This document shows, piece after piece, positions 18,396 to 28,112 of a DNA stretch of 64,000 bases. Origin of the DNA: an uncultured Eubacteriales bacterium (lineage in GTDB: Bacteria; Bacillota; Clostridia; Peptostreptococcales; Caminicellaceae); assembly GCA_965539935.1 (NCBI GenBank), contig CBETVX010000003.1, forward strand, positions 9,928-73,927, written 5' to 3'. Numbering within the stretch: the stretch's first letter is position 1; every line of letters starts with the position of its first letter. Made by a program: the position numbers and the translations under genes. Under the pieces are notes generated by a model. It did not search any database. It was not told where the DNA came from and was given only the letters and a program-made list of their open reading frames with translations.

Positions 18396-19310
18396 ATGAA
18401 TCAAATTGTTACTACTTATAAACTTTCTAAAGGGTATGGTAGGACCTATGCTGTGAAGGATGTAAATTTATCAGTAGATGAGGGGGAAATCTATGGCTTT
18501 TTAGGACCTAATGGAGCAGGGAAAACTACTACATTAAAAATGATTTTGGGATTAGTACAACCTACTAATGGTAAGGTAAGGGTCTTTGGAAAGGAGTATG
18601 AAGGTAATCGAAGATATATTTTAAATAATATCGGTTCTCTTATTGAATCACCGTCATACTATGGACACCTTACAGGTCTTGAAAATATGCGAATTATCCA
18701 AAAATTAAGGGGTGTACCCAACAAAAATGTATCAGAAGTTATGAAAATCCTAGGATTAGAAAAACATAAGAACAAAAAGGTGGATAAATATTCTCTAGGT
18801 ATGAAGCAGCGATTAGGTATTGCCATGGCATTACTATCCTTTCCAAAGCTTTTGATTTTAGATGAACCTACAAATGGCCTTGATCCTGCTGGTATTGGTG
18901 AAATTAGAGAGCTTATAAAATCTTTACCTAAGCGTTATAACATGACAGTATTACTTTCTAGTCATCTGCTCCATGAGGTTGAGCAGTTAGCCACAACTGT
19001 GGGGATTATTGACGATGGGACCTTGAAGTTCCAAGGTAGCATGGAATTGCTAAAAAGGAAAAGTTATTCAAGGATTATGATAAAGACCAAGAATAATATA
19101 TATGCAAAAGAAATACTTTTTTCTAAAGGTTTTTTCCCTTCACAAAATAAAGATTATTTAGTATTTAAGGGTCTATCTGATGAGGAAATAATACAGATAA
19201 ACAGAAGTCTAGTAGAATATAATATCGGCGTTTTGCGCATTGAAGAACATAATAAGAATTTGGAAAGTATTTTTATGGATATTACAAGGAAGGGGGAAAA
19301 CCTGCAATGA
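18396..19310 (+). CDS. ABC transporter ATP-binding protein (lantibiotic/peptide-protection LanF type)
   Basis: Walker A GPNGAGKTT, signature SLGMKQRL, Walker B LLILDEPT. ATG 18396 lies 7 nt after AGGAGGAAG and is preferred over the track start at 18372. Confidence 0.85.
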   Translation: MNQIVTTYKLSKGYGRTYAVKDVNLSVDEGEIYGFLGPNGAGKTTTLKMILGLVQPTNGKVRVFGKEYEGNRRYILNNIGSLIESPSYYGHLTGLENMRIIQKLRGVPNKNVSEVMKILGLEKHKNKKVDKYSLGMKQRLGIAMALLSFPKLLILDEPTNGLDPAGIGEIRELIKSLPKRYNMTVLLSSHLLHEVEQLATTVGIIDDGTLKFQGSMELLKRKSYSRIMIKTKNNIYAKEILFSKGFFPSQNKDYLVFKGLSDEEIIQINRSLVEYNIGVLRIEEHNKNLESIFMDITRKGENLQ

Positions 19311-20062
19311 AAGTAATTATTCTTGAATTATATAAATTGCGTCGCAAGCATTTATTTTTGATGATTACATTATTTTTACTAGTGGAAATGACTTGGGCCT
19401 TTATGGCAACAAGCACATCTATTTACCGTAATCCTGAAAATGCTAGATGGGAGCCTCTTATTGCAATGGTATCATCTATGAATAGTCTATTTTTACCTAT
19501 TCTTTCAGCCATATGTGTATCTCGTATCTGTGATATGGAGCATAAAGGGAATACATGGAAATTATTGCAGTCCCTTTCAGTAAAGCGAAGTAAGATATAT
19601 AAAGCTAAATTTATTTGTGGATTTTTTGTAATGGTGTGGGCATGCATAATACAAGTATTTGCTATGGATGTATTTGGTGTTATTAAGGGGTTTGAGGAAC
19701 CAGTACCATTCTTTCTACTAGCTCGTTTTTTTATAGGAAGCATTTTGACTAATGCAATTATTATAGCATTACAACAATGGGCATCGATAGCTGTAAAAAA
19801 CCAGGCTTTTCCACTATTCCTTGGTATGATAGGTGGCTTTATTGGTATGGCAGGGGATTTTTTCCCACCAAAAGTTAGAAGACTTTTTCTGTGGTCATAT
19901 TATACGGGCTTAAGTCCTATTACACAAAATTATACAAATGAAAGAATACACTTTATTGTCCGTGATATAAGTTCATTACTGCCTGTGCAAGTGATGTTGT
20001 TAGTGATTGGAATTGTCATTTATCTGGTTGGAAGCATTCATGTATCTAAGCAGGAGGTTTAA
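19307..20062 (+). CDS. ABC-2 type permease (LanE/MutE-EpiE-like)
   Basis: 251 aa, 6 TM. ATGA overlap with the ATPase gene. N-terminus MKVIILELYKLRRK is typical of this permease class. Confidence 0.7.
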   Translation: MKVIILELYKLRRKHLFLMITLFLLVEMTWAFMATSTSIYRNPENARWEPLIAMVSSMNSLFLPILSAICVSRICDMEHKGNTWKLLQSLSVKRSKIYKAKFICGFFVMVWACIIQVFAMDVFGVIKGFEEPVPFFLLARFFIGSILTNAIIIALQQWASIAVKNQAFPLFLGMIGGFIGMAGDFFPPKVRRLFLWSYYTGLSPITQNYTNERIHFIVRDISSLLPVQVMLLVIGIVIYLVGSIHVSKQEV

Positions 20063-20074
20063 GGAGGTATGAAT

Positions 20075-20809
20075 ATGTTGAAAAGATGTATTTTTGCTGA
20101 ATGGAGGAAACTAAAACATTCTCATATATGGATATTACTGATGGGTCTACCAATTATAAGTGTATTAATTGGGAGTGCTAACTTCATCATGAACCAAAAT
20201 GTATTGAAAAATGGGTGGTATAGTTTATGGTCACAGGTCGGTTTGTTTTATGTAGAGTTTTTCTTTCCTATTCTTATTGCTATTTGTTGTGGATTTATGT
20301 GGAGGCTTGAACATCTTAATAGGAATTGGAACATGATTATGACTGTACCAGTTTCAACTATTAATATCTTTTTATCAAAACTGATAGTAATTAGCGTATT
20401 ACTAATTTTTGTTCAAGGATTCTTTATTTTATTGTATTTCCTTGGAGGTAAGGTGATAGGATTAACCTCTTCGGTGCCTAGGGAAATACCTGGATGGCTA
20501 TTTCGGGGTTGGATAGCTGCCACTACAATTAGTACTATACAATTAGCCCTATCTATGAGTATTCGTAGTTTTGCAGTTCCTATAGGGATAGGTTTATGTG
20601 CTGTTTTTATTGGACTTGGTATGTATATTACAGATTTGGGTTTCTTTTTCCCCCACTCCTTACTAACTATTGGGATGGGAGTACTTAGTCAAACAAGCCT
20701 TTTATCATCAAGAAATTATTTTTTGTTTTTTATAATAAATTTATTATATGGACTAGTTATTGGTGCAGGAGCTATCCGTTGGATGAAAAAATCAGATGTG
20801 ATAAGTTAA
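20075..20809 (+). CDS. ABC-2 type permease (LanG/MutG-like)
   Basis: 6 TM paralogue of the preceding permease. ATG 20075 lies 7 nt after AAGGAGG. Confidence 0.7.
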   Translation: MLKRCIFAEWRKLKHSHIWILLMGLPIISVLIGSANFIMNQNVLKNGWYSLWSQVGLFYVEFFFPILIAICCGFMWRLEHLNRNWNMIMTVPVSTINIFLSKLIVISVLLIFVQGFFILLYFLGGKVIGLTSSVPREIPGWLFRGWIAATTISTIQLALSMSIRSFAVPIGIGLCAVFIGLGMYITDLGFFFPHSLLTIGMGVLSQTSLLSSRNYFLFFIINLLYGLVIGAGAIRWMKKSDVIS

Positions 20810-20811
20810 CT

Positions 20812-21151
20812 GTAGGAGAGGTAACAATACAAGTAGGAACTTTTAGAAAAATTAATGGTTTAATAGTTAAAATATTAGATGAAAATAATGAACAATTATA
20901 TATAACACCATAAGAACATAGGCATTATGGTGATTGTGGTGTTGAAATAAAGAATATCTTTATAGATGACTTAAATGGTGATAAATTAGAGGATATAACT
21001 ATTATTTATTCATCTTATTTTGGCTTTGGTTATTTGGAATGAAGATAGTGAAAGTTATTTAACATTGTTTTTTAATTTACCTGATGTGAGGGAGTACATA
21101 AAATATGGTGGTATTGTGCCCCATGGGAATCTTTTAATTGACCACAAATAG
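20812..21151 (+). pseudogene. Decayed 3' remnant of a gene (one in-frame stop plus one frameshift)
   Basis: Three consecutive open segments read through as ...QVGTFRKINGLIVKILDENNEQLYITP*EHRHYGDCGVEIKNIFIDDLNGDKLEDITIIYSSYFGFGY / WNEDSESYLTLFFNLPDVREYIKYGGIVPHGNLLIDHK*. A good terminator follows. Confidence 0.35.
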
Positions 21152-21155
21152 TTCT

Positions 21156-21198
21156 AAACCTAGGGTAGTGTAGTCATCCTAGGTTTATTGATTTTTTG
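21156..21198 (+). terminator. Intrinsic terminator
   Basis: AAACCTAGG...CCTAGGTTT stem followed by ATTGATTTTTT. Confidence 0.6.
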
Positions 21199-21273
21199 CA
21201 TAAACTCCATAAAACTAGAATATTCTTATAAGAATCCAATGTTTTATGAAATAATAGAAAGGAGGAACAAAAT

Positions 21274-22257
21274 ATGTGCACATCAATGACATTGCAGACT
21301 CAGCAGGGAGAAATATTTTTTGGAAGGACTATGGACTTTTCCCATGATATTCAGCCAGAAATCTATATAGTACCTAAAAATTATGTATGGAATGACGCTT
21401 TGAATATGAATGTGATTACTAACCGTTACAGTTTTATTGGAATTGGGCAGGAACTTGACGGAATTATGGGTTTCTTCGATGGTGTAAATGAAAAAGGTTT
21501 TGCGGCAGCAGCATTGTATTTTTCGGGATATGCCCAGTACAACCAATTATTACCTTGTATGACTGCTCGACCCATTGCTTCATTTGATTTTCTTCAGTAT
21601 ATCTTAGGAAGCTGTGCCTCAATACAAGATTTGAGAAGGGTATTAAGTAATATATCTATTATAGGCATGCCAGATCCTGTTACACAGACAATTGCTCCAT
21701 TACATTGGATTGCAGTTGATCAGACTGGAAAATGTGTAGTGATTGAACAAACTATAAATGGATTAAGGCTTTTTGATAATCCTATTGGGGTTATGGCCAA
21801 TAGTCCCGATTTTCCATGGCATATGACTAATTTAAGAAACTATATGGAAATATCTCCATACCAGACCGAAGAAGTCTTTTGGGACAACATTCCATTAAAA
21901 CCATTTGGTCTCGGAGGAGGAACTACATTACTTCCAGGAGGTTTTACATCACCAGAACGTTTTGTAAGGACTGCATATCTAAAAACCCATGTACCAACAC
22001 CTAAAAATGCTAGTGAAGCAGTTGTATCATGCTTTCATATTATGGAAGGTGTTTCTATCCCAAGGGGCGCTGTAATATCTGCTCGAAACACATATGATTA
22101 TACAAAATATACGGCCTTTATCAATACCAATACCTGTGAATATTACTATAAAACCTATGATAATATGCAGCTTGTTAAAGTAGGATTATTTGAGGATCAC
22201 AAAGAATCAGACCAGCCTTTAAGTCTAGGAAAACTAACACAACCAATGGTATACTAG
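21274..22257 (+). CDS. Choloylglycine hydrolase-family Ntn hydrolase (bile-salt hydrolase / penicillin V acylase family)
   Basis: 327 aa starting MCTS (nucleophile Cys2), then GRTMDF..., NEKGF, ANSP. RBS AGGAGG. Confidence 0.85.
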   Translation: MCTSMTLQTQQGEIFFGRTMDFSHDIQPEIYIVPKNYVWNDALNMNVITNRYSFIGIGQELDGIMGFFDGVNEKGFAAAALYFSGYAQYNQLLPCMTARPIASFDFLQYILGSCASIQDLRRVLSNISIIGMPDPVTQTIAPLHWIAVDQTGKCVVIEQTINGLRLFDNPIGVMANSPDFPWHMTNLRNYMEISPYQTEEVFWDNIPLKPFGLGGGTTLLPGGFTSPERFVRTAYLKTHVPTPKNASEAVVSCFHIMEGVSIPRGAVISARNTYDYTKYTAFINTNTCEYYYKTYDNMQLVKVGLFEDHKESDQPLSLGKLTQPMVY

Positions 22258-22586
22258 AGTTGAGAAGATCTGTATAAGGCTAGGGTATATACTGCATTAA
22301 TAATAAATAAAACAGGTCAAGAAAAGCAATAGTGAAAGTTATTATAGAATAATTCCAATATTTTACCAATTAATCTATCGGTAAAAATATTTTAATTCTT
22401 CATTATAATAGTATTACAGTAGGTAAGCATAAGAAGTAGAGTTCTACCGATAATTCCCAAAATTTGTGTTTTTTTCTAGAAATAAATGATATAATTAATA
22501 TGATAGAAAAGGTTTATAGGGTATCTCAAAATATATTAGAGAAATCGATAAATAAATTTTTATAGAAAAGGTAGGGAAAGTATTAT

Positions 22587-23039
22587 ATGTCTAGAAAAAA
22601 ATCTTTTATTATTATGGGAATTATAGTGTTAGTTGCTTTATTGTTTTATATTACTAAAGAAGCCTTGTTTGTAGAGGAGAAGATAGTAAAGGATTTGGAA
22701 AAAAACAATGACATAGACATAAAAACTACTAGCCAAGAAAAGGATTTTAATAAGAAATTCACTATTAATCAGCTTACATCAGCAGTTTTGGAGAATGACA
22801 TTAGTCTTGTAAATCAAATAATAGAAAGTGGTTCTATAGATATTAATAAAAAAAATACTCAAGGACAATATCCTATTGAAATGGTGCTAGTAATGAATAA
22901 CTGCGATATGGCTGAGATTTTATTAAAAGCAGGTGCAGACCCTTATGTTATTACATCTAGTGGAAAATCTGTACATGATATAGTAATGGAAGGGGAAAGT
23001 CAATACTTGAAGGAAATCTTTCGTAAATATAGTAAATAA
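22587..23039 (+). CDS. Membrane-anchored ankyrin-repeat protein
   Basis: 150 aa with an N-terminal TM. Ankyrin-like repeats (LTSAVLENDISLVNQIIESGSIDINKKN..., PIEMVLVMNNCDMAEILLKAGADP). Confidence 0.6.
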   Translation: MSRKKSFIIMGIIVLVALLFYITKEALFVEEKIVKDLEKNNDIDIKTTSQEKDFNKKFTINQLTSAVLENDISLVNQIIESGSIDINKKNTQGQYPIEMVLVMNNCDMAEILLKAGADPYVITSSGKSVHDIVMEGESQYLKEIFRKYSK

Positions 23040-23510
23040 AAAATATATCAAGATGGTTAAATTGTGAACTATGTTGTTTTATTGGTAATCTAACCTAAGA
23101 GATGGGTGATGTAGGTTAGTTATAGGGAGAAGATGCTAGTGAAATACCCAGTATAATAGCTATAAAGTTAAAAAGCTTAGATGAAATAGCTGTAAATGGT
23201 GAATTAGAAAAAATAAAGCTGTAGAAGTGCTAGGAGAATTTATTGTTAATAACTGGCAAGGAGCGTTAGTTAAAATTAAAGCAAGTAAAAGTAAGATGAG
23301 TGTAAATGTATTTTATAAAATATTAGTAGAAGTCTTATTAGAGTAAAACTTCTAATTTTTAGATGGTATTTTCCAGGAAACTTTTTATTTTTTAATAGGT
23401 TTTAAGAGAGACTAGTACAAAAAAATTGAACAAAACTATTATAATGGATGAGCATATTGCAACCATGAAGTATATACTGTAGCTAAAAAATTTTTTATGG
23501 AGGTTATAAT

Positions 23511-23855
23511 TTGAGTAAGAAAAAGAAATTATACATTTTATGGACCAATGCCGATCCAATAACTGCTGAAAAGATGGTTATGATGTATGGCATAAACAGC
23601 AAAGCTAGAAATTGGTGGGATGAAGTAACAATTATAGTTTGGGGCGCAACAGCAAAATTAGTAGCAGAAAATGATGTGATTAAGGAAAAAATAAAGCATG
23701 CAATCCATGTAGGCGTTAATGTATCAGCATGTAAGGCATGTGCAGACCAATTAGGGGTATCGGATAAATTAGCAGAATTAGGATTGGAAATCAAATATTG
23801 GGGAGAAGATTTGACAGAGATATTGAAAGAAGATGAAAAATTGTTGGTTGTATAA
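23511..23855 (+). CDS. DsrE/DsrF-like family protein
   Basis: 114 aa, TTG start after GGAGG. The pattern LYILWTNAD......MV..Y...........V.IIVWG....L........I......G..V.AC..CA..LGV is as in single-domain DsrE-family proteins. Confidence 0.5.
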   Translation: MSKKKKLYILWTNADPITAEKMVMMYGINSKARNWWDEVTIIVWGATAKLVAENDVIKEKIKHAIHVGVNVSACKACADQLGVSDKLAELGLEIKYWGEDLTEILKEDEKLLVV

Positions 23856-23872
23856 AAGATATTTCGAATTAA

Positions 23873-23901
23873 GAAGCTAGAGCTTATGCTCTAGCTTTTC
23901 C
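23873..23901 (+). terminator. Intrinsic terminator
   Basis: AAGCTAGAGC-ttat-GCTCTAGCTT followed by TT. Confidence 0.6.
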
Positions 23902-24082
23902 ATTTAAGAACATTGGAAGGTAGAATTCAAATTTACCCAACAAATTTAATCCTTTTTTAGAAATCATATAAAGGGCTGATGACAGAAATGGCTAAAGGTG
24001 TTATAATAGTATTTCTTCTATAACTAAGACCCAATATATTTAAGTCCTTACATCTCAGTTAGCTTATAGAAAGGAAGATACA

Positions 24083-24658
24083 ATGACTGGAAAAACACAT
24101 ATGATAATAGGAGCAGCAGCAAGTATATATCTTTTACCTAAATTAGGATATGATCCAGGATTACTCACATTACCAGCAGCAGCTATTGGAGCTTTAATTC
24201 CAGATATGGACCACCCAAAATCAAAAATAAATCAAAGAATACTTCCTATTAAAAACAAATTGGGAAAGATGTTAGTATACTGTGGGTTGGGAGCCTTTAT
24301 AATTTACAATAATTCCTTTAAAGAAGATTATATAACAATGGCTGGTATATTGCTTATCATAATAGGAATGTCCCATCACAGAAGTTTTACCCATAGTATA
24401 ATTGGAGTCAGTTTGATTTCTATAGTAGGTACTTATACCCTAAAGCCTATGGTTACCATGCCCTATATAGCAGCTTTTAATATTGGTATTGTATCCCATG
24501 TAGTAGCCGATTATATAACAAAGGAAGGAGTAGAACTTTTCTATCCCTTTACTAAAAAAAATTACAGATTTTTTATACATACATCAACAGATAGTTTTAT
24601 TGAAAAGGTAATCTCAATTTTTCTTTTGATTTTCATATCTACATCAATTATCCACTAA
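24083..24658 (+). CDS. Membrane-bound metal-dependent hydrolase (YdjM/DUF457 family)
   Basis: 191 aa, multi-TM. Begins MTGKTHMIIGAA, with PDMDHPKS and HRSFTHS motifs. Confidence 0.7.
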   Translation: MTGKTHMIIGAAASIYLLPKLGYDPGLLTLPAAAIGALIPDMDHPKSKINQRILPIKNKLGKMLVYCGLGAFIIYNNSFKEDYITMAGILLIIIGMSHHRSFTHSIIGVSLISIVGTYTLKPMVTMPYIAAFNIGIVSHVVADYITKEGVELFYPFTKKNYRFFIHTSTDSFIEKVISIFLLIFISTSIIH

Positions 24659-24661
24659 TGA

Positions 24662-24692
24662 AAAAGGCCTGGAATAAATTCCTGGCCTTTAC
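24662..24692 (+). terminator. Intrinsic terminator
   Basis: AAAGGCCTGGAAT-aa-ATTCCTGGCCTTT (one mismatch). Confidence 0.55.
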
Positions 24693-24865
24693 TTATCTAA
24701 ACCACCAAATATTTGAATTTAATAACCGATAGAACCGTACCTGCGGTTAAAAAGAGTTTAGAATTGGGATAATGGGGTATAGCTATAAAAAGGGCTCGAC
24801 TATTGTGAGGACTTAATAGATAAGTTATATAAATGATTATTTGAATAATAACTGGGGGATTTAGG

Positions 24866-25387
24866 ATGGATGTTATAGAAAAACTACAAATTATAACAAA
24901 TAATATTAACACCATATTGCCAGTTCTTAAAAATGCAGGGGTAGATCATAAAATCCAAGCAGTAGTTGTTAAGCATATTTACAAAGAAGTAGGAATAGAC
25001 CTTCCTTTTGAAATTCCAGCTGAAGAGCATTATTATGGGGTAGAAGATATTGCAAAGGAACTTGAGATGTTTACAAAGTCAGGAAAACCAGCAATAAATG
25101 CTGTTAAAACTATTATTGACAGTATTAAAATTCCAGAATCTGAAAAACAAATAGTTTGGGAAAGTAATGGTTCGTGGCAAGGTACTGTTGAGAAATATAC
25201 TTCAAAAGCTATTGACAGAGTAAAGGATTGGCTTATAAAGCATAAATATCCGTCAAAAGTTGTACATACTACTTCAAATAATAAGAGAATGAAATATAGT
25301 ATCTTTTATGGATTAAATAGAACTAAAGTTAAAGCTGAAAATAATGATAAAGAAGGAACTAGACAACTAAGTTTAGATGATATATGA
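24866..25387 (+). CDS. Hypothetical protein (no recognisable domain)
   Basis: 173 aa, soluble with non-repetitive composition. RBS GGGGGA. Stands alone between terminators. Confidence 0.5.
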   Translation: MDVIEKLQIITNNINTILPVLKNAGVDHKIQAVVVKHIYKEVGIDLPFEIPAEEHYYGVEDIAKELEMFTKSGKPAINAVKTIIDSIKIPESEKQIVWESNGSWQGTVEKYTSKAIDRVKDWLIKHKYPSKVVHTTSNNKRMKYSIFYGLNRTKVKAENNDKEGTRQLSLDDI

Positions 25388-25493
25388 AATAGGCTTACCA
25401 AATTACTATTAAAAGGTTGGAAGATATTAAGAAAGTGTGAAAAAAACATTCACACTTTGATTTTAGAATAATAAAATTTAAAAATATAACTAT

Positions 25494-26279
25494 TTATATA
25501 AAAAGCTCAGGTTCATGTCTAACAATACTAAAGTTATCGATTAAGTATTGAGTAATCTTTATAAAATCTGGATGGTTTATAGACTTAGCACTAACTGGAC
25601 ATTTTTTTACACAGCTCGAACATTTTATGCATTTTCTTTGATCAATATCCTCAAAATTATTGAAATCAATAGCGCCCATAGGACAATTAGCTGCACAAAT
25701 TCCACATTTTATGCATACATCCCTTGTTTCAGGAACCATTGGGTAAGATCTTTTTCTTTCCTTATAGGGGTAGTTACCCTTAACTTCTATTTTAGGTAAT
25801 AGAAGTATGTCTTGATATTTTGATAGTTTATCCTTGATTTCAGTACCAAAATTCCTTGCTATTTCCAAATCCATCCTATCAGGTCTGCCAGTTGCCAACT
25901 TTGTTGTATAGGAATGTTCTCCTATAAAAGCTCCCCCAGCCACTCCAATAAACCTATTATTTTCCATGATGTTCTTAAGCTCTAAAAGTGCATCATCATA
26001 ATGGCGATTTCCATATACAGCCACATAAACAGCTGGTGTGTTATCCCCTTTTATGTTAGCAAGGTATTCCGATAGAAATTTAGGGACTCTACCAGCATAT
26101 ACTGGCACGCCAATTATTACTAAATCCTTTGAGGTAAAATTAAGACACTGTTGTCGATTTGATGGCAAAGTAAGATTGTATTCTATAAAGTCATTATTTA
26201 TACCTTTTGCAATATTTCTAATAACTTTCTTAGTCGTGTCTGTAGCACTGAAATAAAGCAAATTTACATTAAAGTTCAA
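25494..26279 (-). CDS. Flavodoxin-like domain fused to a 2x[4Fe-4S] ferredoxin domain (EFR1-type)
   Basis: 261 aa. N-terminus LLYFSATDTTKK (flavodoxin-like). C-terminal CIKCGICAANCP and CIKCSSCVKKCP motifs. TTG start 7 nt after GAGGTG. Confidence 0.75.
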   Translation of the reverse strand: MNFNVNLLYFSATDTTKKVIRNIAKGINNDFIEYNLTLPSNRQQCLNFTSKDLVIIGVPVYAGRVPKFLSEYLANIKGDNTPAVYVAVYGNRHYDDALLELKNIMENNRFIGVAGGAFIGEHSYTTKLATGRPDRMDLEIARNFGTEIKDKLSKYQDILLLPKIEVKGNYPYKERKRSYPMVPETRDVCIKCGICAANCPMGAIDFNNFEDIDQRKCIKCSSCVKKCPVSAKSINHPDFIKITQYLIDNFSIVRHEPELFI

Positions 26280-26625
26280 AATTATTCACCTCTTAAATTT
26301 CTTCACTTTATCCAATATAACTAGAATTTTATATTTCTATGATTTAATAATATATAATAGCTTATTTTAATTCAAGTGTGTATTATATAGTTTTTCCTAC
26401 CACACACTAACTTTAATTCCATGGATATCATATTATTATACTTTTTACAATTAAAGGGTAAATCCTTTAGACCATTGATTATGTTATAATAAACTTATCT
26501 ACATTTCTTTTAATGTACCTTAGATTGAATATAGAAGTAGACGATTTAGATAGTTTATAAGGATATTGTTAATAGGTATATTAATCTTTTGAACAAACAA
26601 TATCTTTAAAAAATGGAGGAAAAAC

Positions 26626-28071
26626 ATGGAGAAGTTAATAATAGCTAAAGCTAAAGGGAGTAGGAAACTAATAATAATCCTTTCTACTATTTTGGGAATT
26701 GGCTTTATAAATGGTTTTACTGGCAATATCCCAAAGGGTACTTCAAGGGAAAGTAGTTTGTATAAAGCTTCTAATATTGAATTTTTGTATGACCTTACTT
26801 ATTTAAAGGATAATAAAAAGATTTATGAACAGATTATTTTTAAAGAACAATTAAAAATGATAGAAAATGCAGAAGATTTTATAATACTAGATATGTTTTT
26901 ATTTAATGATGAGTACAATAGAAAATATGAATTTCCCAGCATAGTAGAAGAATTTACAGAAGCACTTATTAATAAGAAAAAGGAAAAACCTGATATTAAA
27001 ATATTATTCATAACAGATGAGATTAATAATTTTTATGGAGTATATAAAAGTCCATATATCACAAAATTAGAAGAAAATCATATCGATGTAGTAATAACAG
27101 ATTTAGAAAAAATGAGAAATTCCAATCCCATATATTCTGGAATGTGGAAGACAGTCATAAAATGGTTTGGTGTAAAGGGTAAGGGATGGCTTCCAAATCC
27201 CTTTAGCCCTGATTCCCCGAAAGTTACAATGCGAGGATATCTTAAACTCCTTAACTTTAAAGCAAACCATAGAAAGGTACTTATAACTGAAAAGGGAGGA
27301 ATAATCACTTCCGCTAATATACACGATGCAAGTGGATACCATTCTAATATTGGATTTAAAGTATCAGGAGATATAATAAATGAGCTAATTAAATCTGAAT
27401 TAGCCGTTGCAAAGTTTTCTGGCTATGAAAAAGATGATTTTGAATATAACAATGTTTACCTAGAAAAAGAAGAAGAGTCAGATGCATATGTGAAGCTTAT
27501 TACTGAAAGTAAAATCAGAGATAACCTTATTAAGGCCATAAATAATACTGATAAGGGTGATAAAATATCAATAGGAATGTTTTATCTTTCCCATAGAGGT
27601 ATTATTAACTCTTTAGTAGATGCTGCAAATAGGGGAGTAGATGTAAAGCTCATTTTAGACCCCAATAAGGATGCCTTTGGATTAAAGAAAAATGGAATTC
27701 CAAATAGACAAGTAGCCCAGGAATTGATAAGAAAATCAAAGGATAGGATTAAAATAAAATGGGATGATACCCATGGAGAGCAGTATCACTCTAAATTAAT
27801 TTTTATTGAAAAACAAAATAAGTCTATAATAATAGGTGGATCATCAAATCTTACAAGAAGAAATATTGATAATTACAATTTAGAAGCCGATTTATTTATA
27901 GAAACAAAATCTAATAGTAAACTAAGCAATGAAATTAAAGATTATTTCAACAGAATATGGAATAATAAGGACGGTCATTATACAGTAAATTATGAAACGT
28001 ATAAAACAGAATCCCTTATGAAAACTATAATTTATCGTATACAGGAAGCAACAGGGCTGTCTACATTCTAA
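26626..28071 (+). CDS. Membrane-anchored phospholipase D-superfamily protein (two HKD-like motifs)
   Basis: 481 aa with an N-terminal TM. Motifs HRKVLITE...TSAN and HSKLIFIE...GSSNL. RBS GGAGGA. Confidence 0.8.
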   Translation: MEKLIIAKAKGSRKLIIILSTILGIGFINGFTGNIPKGTSRESSLYKASNIEFLYDLTYLKDNKKIYEQIIFKEQLKMIENAEDFIILDMFLFNDEYNRKYEFPSIVEEFTEALINKKKEKPDIKILFITDEINNFYGVYKSPYITKLEENHIDVVITDLEKMRNSNPIYSGMWKTVIKWFGVKGKGWLPNPFSPDSPKVTMRGYLKLLNFKANHRKVLITEKGGIITSANIHDASGYHSNIGFKVSGDIINELIKSELAVAKFSGYEKDDFEYNNVYLEKEEESDAYVKLITESKIRDNLIKAINNTDKGDKISIGMFYLSHRGIINSLVDAANRGVDVKLILDPNKDAFGLKKNGIPNRQVAQELIRKSKDRIKIKWDDTHGEQYHSKLIFIEKQNKSIIIGGSSNLTRRNIDNYNLEADLFIETKSNSKLSNEIKDYFNRIWNNKDGHYTVNYETYKTESLMKTIIYRIQEATGLSTF

Positions 28072-28080
28072 AAAGAAAGG

Positions 28081-28112
28081 AAACTCCGACTTAAAGGTCG
28101 GGGTTTTTTTTG
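28081..28112 (+). terminator. Intrinsic terminator
   Basis: CCGAC-ttaaag-GTCGG followed by GGTTTTTTTT. Confidence 0.75.

Noticed and set aside
24697-26726. Small minus-strand track ORFs 24697-24915 and 26520-26726, and plus-strand ORFs 25548-25799 and 26038-26256.
   Set aside because: They are hydrophobic, low-complexity translations of AT-rich intergenic or antisense sequence. They overlap promoters or the better-supported flavodoxin-ferredoxin and PLD genes.
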